Source of the DNA: an uncultured delta proteobacterium
GTDB lineage: Bacteria; Desulfobacterota; Desulfobacteria; Desulfobacterales; JAHEIW01
Length of the DNA stretch: 64,000 nt
Assembly (NCBI GenBank): GCA_963706575.1
Contig: CAVPNL010000015.1
Location: 128,001 to 192,000, forward strand
Reading direction: 5' to 3'
Both the position numbers and the translations under genes were made by a program. This document shows, piece by piece, positions 56,615 to 64,000 of this stretch; position 1 is the stretch's first letter; every line of letters begins with the position of its first letter. Below the pieces are notes generated by a model that did not search any database, was not told the origin of the DNA, and saw nothing but the letters and a program-made list of their open reading frames with translations.

Positions 56615-59600
56615 TTAGCGGTAGTCGACCCGGCGGAACATGATGTCGCTGCTGATGACATCGCCGTTGTCGTTTTTAGCTTCCTCCAGCCAGATGCCGT
56701 ACATGCGCGAGCCGTCCGGCGTCTGGCGCAGCTGGGCCGCGCCCTGCTCGGGCTTGTCCTTGGCCAGCGGGTTCCAGCCCTCCTGGGGCTTGCCGCTGCC
56801 GCCCTGGGGGGTCACGATCACGCTCTCGTAGCGCTGCCCCTTGTCTTTGGTGCGGCTGTAGTCGATGTCCAGCGGCATCTTGGGGTAGACGACGTCGTCG
56901 GGCAGCTGGTTCTGGTTGAACTCGAGGCCGTAGGCCAGCTGGTAGACGCTCTTGTCCCACTTGTCTTCCGGGTACTTGATGGCCCCGTCGGTCAGGATGG
57001 TCCCCGGCGTCTTGACCAGCCGCGGCTCGAGCACGCTGATGCGGTTGTTGCGCAGGTTGGAGACGTTGCGCGGCGGCTCGGCCGCCCCCGGCACGTACAC
57101 GGTGGTGACCACCTCCTCTTCCCAGAAGACCTCCTGATTTTCGTCGTCTTCGATCGGCACCCTGAAGACCACGTTGTGCTCGATGGGCACGGCGTCTGCG
57201 GGATCGGTCGTCCAGGATTGGCCGCCGTTGAAGGAGCGCCGGATAAAGAAGTCGTACTTGTCGTTGGCCTTTCTGCCCCAGTTGGGCGTCAGGCTGTAGC
57301 CGATGAGCAGCTCGTCGCCGTTGATGGCCCCGCGGTGGGCCCGCGCGTCGGTATAGGGGTTTTTGGCGGACGAATCTGCGAGGTTGGCCGCTGACCACCC
57401 CCACCGGAGCATCTTGACCGGCTTCTCAAGGTCATACGGGTTCTGCCACAATTCGGTCGGCTCCACACTGCTGAGGTTCTGGGCGCCGGGCAGGAAGTTG
57501 CCGAAGGCGTAAGGGTTGCCAGTGGCAGAAGCCACTGCGCGCCGCATGAAAATGTCGGCCGGCTTGCCGCTGCCCTCCTCGCCCTGGCGATAGAGGGCCA
57601 CCAGGACCGTCTTGGATGGTCCGGCCTTGGACTTGGGCTGGGTCACGAAGCGCACCCTCCGCGCGTTTTCGTAGGCCAGCTGCGGCTCGCCCTTCCAGTC
57701 AAGCAGCAAATCCCCGAACTCGTCGAACAGGTAGACCGGGTTGCCGTTCTCGTCGGTTTCCGGCAGGTTGACGATGCCCCCGCCGGCGGCGATGTCGGGA
57801 TTGGCGAAATCGAAGCTGTGGTAGATGACGTTTTTGCCCACGTCCGGTTTGTAGCGGTCTTCATCAGGCTCAGTCTCTGAACCTGCCACATCGGGATCAC
57901 AGGGGTCTTCATACTCATCATGGTCCGGGGGCACGCCCACGCCCTTCCTCTCCTCGTAGCCGATGATGGCCCAGGCGCTCTTGCTGCCGTCGGACTTCTT
58001 GTAGGGCTGCAGGAAGATGTTGGCCCGGGAGGCGCCGGTGTTGCCGTCGAGCAGGCGCCCGTCGGCGGTGACGCAGACGTGGTGGACTTCGCCCTTGGGG
58101 TTGGTTTTCTCCACGGTATAGGCGCACAACGGATTGGACCCCGGGAGCTCGGCCGTGCCGATGTTTTCGATGGTGCCGCAGTAGCGGTGGGTGCCCTCGC
58201 CCTCGCCGTCATAATCGTGCTCCCCGCTTCCCCCCGTGGGGACGATGTTCTCCTCGCTGCACATGTCGTTGTCGGAGATCTTCACCGGCAGCGACATGGG
58301 CGCCAGGGCCTTGACCCGTCCGGCCAGATCGGGATCGGTGTCCACGAGGTCGTCATTGTCGCCGTGGCCGCCCTCGGGGTAGTCGTAGTCGATCTTGCCA
58401 AAATCGCTCAGCTTGATGTAGCTGTACCAGATGTCGGTCTTGTTGTTCGTTCTGGCGCCGCTCCAGCCCTCGCCGGGGCCGTCGCCTTCACCGGGCACCA
58501 GGCCCTTGGGGTCCTCCTGCCAGACGATGGCGAACCCGACGCCGGTGCCCGCCCCGGCAAAGAGCTGGTGGGCGTCGCGCCGGCCGGAGGTGAGCCGCTC
58601 GGGCTTGAACCACTGGACATTGCCGCCGGAATCGACCACGCCCCGGGCCGCCCAGACGCAGCTGTAGGGCACCTCGCCCTTTTCGGGATAATCCTCGTAG
58701 ATCACCGAGCGCTGCGGGCCGCCCACGCCCGTAAAGGTCGTCGGCCCAGTAGGCGTCGTCGCCCGGGTAGTCAAGCGTGCACACGGTGCCCTCGGCGGTT
58801 TCGCGGCATATCTCACAGGGATCGGGCAGGCCGTCCCCGTCCGTGTCGGGGCAAACCTTGATGGCGTAGCCCGGCCGCCCGCCCCGGCAGTACTTGTCGG
58901 TCCAGGCCACAAAGATCATGTTGTCCTTGACCTTGAGCATGGGCTTCACGGACTCGCCGGGGTAACCATTAACGTCGAAAGACGACTTGCCGGCGGTCTT
59001 GGAGATGTTGCGGCGCTTCCAGGTCTCGCCGTCGTCCCTCGAGATGGCCACGAACACGTCCGAGGCACCCGTGTCCTCGACCTCGTCAAGATAGGCGACC
59101 ACGATCGGTTTGGCCTCGTTTCGCGTCTCGATCACATTGCCGTCCGCGTCGTGGTAGACGACAGAGGCAGAGCTCCCGTCCGAGCGCTGGGCCGGGACGT
59201 AGACCGGCATGATCTCGATTTTGGCCTTGTCGCTTTTCATATCGGGAGTCTTGGAGATGTTTCGCTTCATCAGGTTGCCGGCCTTCTGGCCGGAGTTGAG
59301 GTTCTCCCGGGCCTCCTCCTTGGAAACGGCCTTCAGTGCGACCTCACCGGCGCAGGCCGCCACCGTCGCGTTGATCAGGGCGCTGACGGCGGCATCATCG
59401 GCGAAGAAGACATCAAGCTCCGGGATCGGAGGAAGGCCATTCAGCGCGTTATCCAGACAGCCGATCACCGTTTCGGTGATGTTGATCGCGCCCTGCGCGG
59501 GGTTGCCGTCCGCGTCCAGGCTCTGCAGCAGCCGGGCCACGTTGAGGACCCGGTAGTCATCCAGGTCGCCTCCCTCGAAGAGGTCTACCGGCGAGACCCG

Positions 59601-60404
59601 GCGATCGGCCAGGACGTCGCCCAGGGGCAGGCTGCCCACGAAAAAGTTGACCCGCTCTTCAGGGATGAACCAGAACTGCCCGTTGTCGCCGGTCGTCCCG
59701 GACTGCGTGGGCGTCTCGAACCTCAGGCCGTTTACGTTGGCGTCGATGAAATGCCCCGGCTCGACCTTGGCCAGCGGGTAGGTGACGTACCAGGCCCACA
59801 CGGCCTCTTCTTTTTCGAGCCGGTCAAAAAACGTCAATTCGTGCTCGGCATAGGCGGACTGGGGGATGTCCACCCAGTTCTCCGTACCGTCGTCATTAAC
59901 GCCGTCTTGCTCATAAAGTTCGACGCGGACGATGACGAAGCGGTTGGGCGGGCACTTTTCCGGATCGACCCCCCAGCAGATCGAGTTTGCTCCCTTGGGA
60001 ATCAGATCTTCAAAGGAAATCACCTCTGTGTGGCCTTCGGCCAGATATCCGTAAGTCCCCAGGTAGTCCGTCTTGTAATCAAATTTGCCGGCGATGGGCT
60101 TGCCTTTTTTGTCTAAAACTTTTTCAAAGTCATCCGGGTCAACGACGACATGGATGTTGACCTTCTCGAGCCTATAACCGATAGTGGGAATGACTTCGAT
60201 TTTCAGTTTGTCTCTGGTGTTCCAGAACTTGACATCGCCCACATACACCCAATCATCAGGGGCAGCCCCATCAATCCAGTTCTTGCACATCAGCTCGGTT
60301 ACGATCGGCCAAAGCGGCTCCCCTTCGGCGCCGGCGCTGCCGCCAGGCAGGCACAGCGCGACAAACAAAAACAAGAGTAAAAATTTTGGTTTAGTCTTAA
60401 ACAT
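56615..60404 (-). CDS. Very large secreted Asp-box (BNR) beta-propeller protein, about 1260 aa; one frameshift near 58729
   Basis: Signal peptide; SRDDGETW and SFNGGQSW Asp-boxes; DTDGDGLPD Ca-binding-like motif; the two ORFs join by removing one G in TACGGGCGTGGGC. Confidence 0.8.
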
Positions 60405-60686
60405 GATTTTCACCTCCTTGTGTGTGTCCGTTATGGCGATCCATCCCGGGCCTCAGGACTGCGGCCCGAAGACCCGGATAAAGTATCCGATCGCCCCCAT
60501 CGTTCGATGCTGCCGGCCGGTCTGCCCGCAGCCCCCCTCCGTCGGCCGTAAATCTTCTGAGATGTCGGATGAGATGTCGGATTGATTTCGCGCTTTTAAT
60601 TATTGCTAATCGCATTCGGGCATCGGTATGCGGTGTCACTGCTGGTTTCGCGGTGTCGTGGCGGGCTTGATACCGAAATTTTTACA

Positions 60687-60864
60687 GATCAAAAAATGTG
60701 CCATGATGGAAATGCGCCGTCGATGGGCGCACCGAAATGTATGATTGTTTTAAATATTGGCGGGTTATCCGGTGGGTCGGCAGGCGGAAGTAAAAGATCC
60801 TGCCATGCGGGGGATGCGACATGGCACGGTATGAGACGGCAGACTTTGTGCCACGGCGCATTTT
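60687..60864 (-). promoter_or_regulatory. Sigma54 promoter B: enhancer and -24/-12
   Basis: TGGCAC-N5-TTGA at 60703-60689; enhancer 60864-60815 is 34/50 identical to 52993-53042. Confidence 0.65.
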
Positions 60865-61071
60865 CAAAACGAAGGCAATGGCCTTAACTGCTCTAAATAG
60901 GCCTTTGCTGAGTTCTGATTTCGGGCTTGCCGGGGTCCCTAAAGGTTGCAGCGAATCGGCCGCCTTGCCCTGCTTGCCGGTGCTGCGCTGTGGTGCGCTC
61001 CAGATTCGCCTGCGATCGACCCAATTGGTGCAGAAGCATAGGAAGGCATTGCGGCCGTCCGAACCCAACCC

Positions 61072-62782
61072 TCACGACAGCGCAATGCCGTATTTTTGCA
61101 TCTTGCGGTAGATGGTGCGGCGGCTGATGCCCAGCAGCCCGGCGGCCCGGGACTTGTTCCAGCGGGCTTTGCGCAGGGCCCGGCGGATGGCTTCGGCCTC
61201 CTGGTGCTGCGCTGCACGGGCGGCGACCCGGTCGGCACTGCCCGGTGAAGCTCGCGGAACTCGGCCGGCAGGTGGATCCAGGGTGATGACGCCGCCTCGT
61301 GGCAGCGGACAAAGGCGTGCTCCAGGGTGTTTTCCAGTTCGCGCACGTTGCCCGGCCAGTGGTGGTTCTGGAACATGGTCCACACGTCGGTGGAAACGCC
61401 CTTGATCTTTTTGCCGAACTTCCGGTTGAAAACGGCCAGAAAGTGCTCGACCAGCAGGGGGATGTCGTCGCGGCGCTCGCGCAGAGGCGGCAGCTGGATC
61501 TCCACCACCTTCAGGCGGTAGTAGAGATCTTCACGGAACTTCCCCCCGGCCACTTCGCCTGCAGGTCCTGGTTGGTGGCCGCCACCACCCGCACGTCCAC
61601 CCGGATCGGGGTGGAGTCTCCGACCCGCTCGAACTCCATGGTTTCGAGCACGCGCAGCAGGCGCAGCTGCATGCGCGGGGAGATTTCGCCGATTTCGTCC
61701 AGAAACAGGGTGCCGCCGTCGGCGCGCTGAAAACGGCCGACCTGTCTTTGACCGCACCGGTGAACGCGCCGACCACGTGGCCGAACAGCTCGCTTTCGAG
61801 CAGGTTTTCCGACAGGGCGGCGCAGTTGACCTTGACCAGGGGCCCGTTCCGCCGCTCGCCGCTGCGGTGCAGATCTCGACCACCAGCTCCTTGCCGGTGC
61901 CGCTCTCCCCGGTGACCAGCACGGTGGTCTGGACGTCGGCCAGGTCCTCGATCAGGGACTCGGACCTTGCGGATCTCCTCGCTTTTGCCCACGATGGGGC
62001 CGGTTCCTGCTTTCCTTGAGTCTGCGCTTTCCAGCTCGACAAGGCGCGTTTCATCGCGGATCACCATCACGGCGCCGGTGAACTCATCGGCCGGACCCAG
62101 CAGGGGGGAGGCGGTCAGGCTGACCACCTGGCGCCGGCCGGAGTTCGAACCGGCACTCGACGTAGCGGATTTCCACCGCCTGGCGGGTTTCCAGGATTTC
62201 ATGGAGCGCTTCGATGCACTTGCCCTGGCAGCGTCTGGCCAGCGCGCGGACGGGTTTGCCGATGACCTCGTCGCGCTGCGATACCGCAGATGCGGGTGGC
62301 GGCCTCGTTGATCTCGACCACCACCATGTTCTCGTCCACCGTAACGATGCCGTCCTTGACGCTGCGGAAGATCGCTTCGAAGTTCAGGCGGCAGTTTTCC
62401 TTTTCCTCGGTCACCGCCTTGTGCTTGAGGGCCAGGCGGCGGACCGCAGCAGGGTATCCTGGCGGATCGGCTTGATGATGTAGTCCAGGGCGCCGAGGCG
62501 CAGGGATTCGGTCGCGGTTTCGATGCTGGGCACCCCGGTGATCATGACCACCGGCAGACTCGGGCCGGTCTTCCCGGACCGTCTTGAGCAGGTCGATGCC
62601 GCGTTCTGCCTCCAGGACGATGTCCACGTACATCAAATCGAAGTCGCTTTCCTCGCATCAATGATGACCGCTTCGTCGTAGCTGGCGGTAGCGGTGACCC
62701 GTATGCCCTCTTCGGAAAGGAAAAGGTCGAACGTGTAACGGATGCTCTCCTCGTCGTCGACGACCAGAATTTTTCCATCCAT
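61072..62782 (-). CDS. Sigma54-dependent response regulator (REC-PAS-AAA+-Fis HTH), multiply frameshifted
   Basis: [75 protein letters not shown] and [20 protein letters not shown] across shifting frames. Confidence 0.88.
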
Positions 62783-62792
62783 GATTCAGTCC

Positions 62793-64000
62793 TCAGACGG
62801 TTTTTCCCTGTCCGGCGGGCAGATCGACGCTGACGCGGGTGAACTCGCCTTCACGGCTGTCGATCGTCAGTCGTCCGCCGTGATCGTTCACGATGCCGTG
62901 GCTGATGCTCAGCCCCAGCCCGGTGCGTTTGCCTTCGGTTTTGGTGGAAAAAAACGGATTACGTACCTTGCCGATGATCTCTGGCCGGGATCCCGGTGCC
63001 CTGGTCGCAGAACGACATCCGAACATACGGACAGCCGAGTCGCCCTGTGACGTTTCGGCGATGATCTCCAGCAGCTTGTTCTTATCAGGCTGCGGGATAC
63101 TTCTGGTTCAGGGCATGGCGGGCGTTGCTGATGATGTTGACAAACACCTGCTCGATCTCATGGGCCTGGGCCCGATCAGCGGGGAGATCTGCCGGCGATG
63201 TCCTTCTTCACAACGATGTTGTCTTTGCGCATCTGGGCGCCGGTCAACGCCAGGGAATCGGCACAGGACGTCTTCCACCGCAACCAGTGCTTTTTCCTCC
63301 TGCGCCGGGCGCAAAGGACAGCAGCCCCTCGACGATCCGGGCGATCCGGTCGCCTTCTTTGATCATGCGTCCGCCAGATTCGTGGACCAGGCTGTTTGCG
63401 CTGCTTTTGTTGACCAGAATCTGGGCGTAGTTGATGATGCCGTTGATCGGGTTGTTGATTTCATGGGCGACCCCGGCCGCCATCTCGCCCAGGGCCGCCA
63501 GTTGCTCGGCGCGCATCATGGCGGCCATGGAAGCCTTCTTGGCGGTGACATCTCTCAGCAAAACGACTACTTTTTCTTCCTCATCCACATCCCTGACCGG
63601 TGTATAGAGCCTGTTCAAAAGACCGGCCGTCCGCTGTTTCAAACTCGTGCTGTTGAATCTTACCGGTCCCGAGGGCCTCTCGCATCAAACAGGGCTCACA
63701 CGGGGTGCCCTTTTGCCGAAAGGCACTGAAGCAGGGTTTGTTCTGGCAGTCACCGATACATTCTTTGAGGCTCTTATTCTGGTATTCAATAACCAGATCG
63801 GTGTTGACGATGCTGACCCCTTCCGTCAGGTTGGACAGGATCCGGTTCAGCTTGTCGCGTTCGGACAGAATCGCCTCTTGAGCGTTTTTGAGGTCGGTGA
63901 TATCCTGAAACGATTCGACAATCCCGACGACCTCCCCGTCCGATCCCGAGAAGGGGGTGGCGGTCAGGATGCTCGGGATACTGATCCCGTCCGCCCGCTG
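62793..64000 (-). CDS. PAS-domain sensor histidine kinase, 3' part, frameshifted; continues beyond the window
   Basis: LAALGEMAAGVAHEINNP H-box, NPFFSTK..RTGLGLSISHGIVNDHGG ATPase motifs, upstream PAS/PAC segments. Confidence 0.88.

Noticed and set aside
60939..62778. Programmed frameshifting or several small genes in the regulator region
   Set aside because: The pieces assemble into one canonical sigma54 regulator; scattered indels fit sequencing error better.

Overview
This is a 64 kb bacterial chromosome segment. Gene content (tungsten aldehyde oxidoreductase, MglA, sigma54 system, a selenoprotein) suggests an anaerobic Desulfobacterota/deltaproteobacterium; that assignment is inference. 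No rRNA, tRNA or CRISPR array was seen. In order, the window holds: (1) an alkyl sulfatase; (2) a FadR-controlled catabolic operon (FAD oxidoreductase, TIM-barrel isomerase, ferredoxin + AOR, enolase-family dehydratase, truncated racemase); (3) a TetR/MBL/aldo-keto reductase unit, ssb and a THUMP methyltransferase; (4) a complete reductive pyrimidine degradation cluster (preT, preA, hydA, two non-homologous ureidopropionase candidates, NCS2 permease, aminotransferase, mmsA) containing a RAYT transposase with REPs; (5) orphan mglA, an OsmC-like selenoprotein missed by the ORF track (in-frame UGA plus SECIS-like hairpin), an internally deleted sirtuin, pepF, a PilZ-like/HEAT protein and a molybdopterin enzyme operon; (6) an ECF sigma / CBM48 anti-sigma module whose promoter is repeated in front of an exported Gly- and (Gln-His)-rich protein; (7) a GC-rich, frameshift-ridden block with large secreted beta-propeller proteins, two sigma54 promoters sharing one enhancer, and a PAS two-component system. 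Intergenic DNA is crowded with palindromic repeat families, notably a ~146 bp element that starts exactly at stop codons and conserves base pairing rather than sequence.
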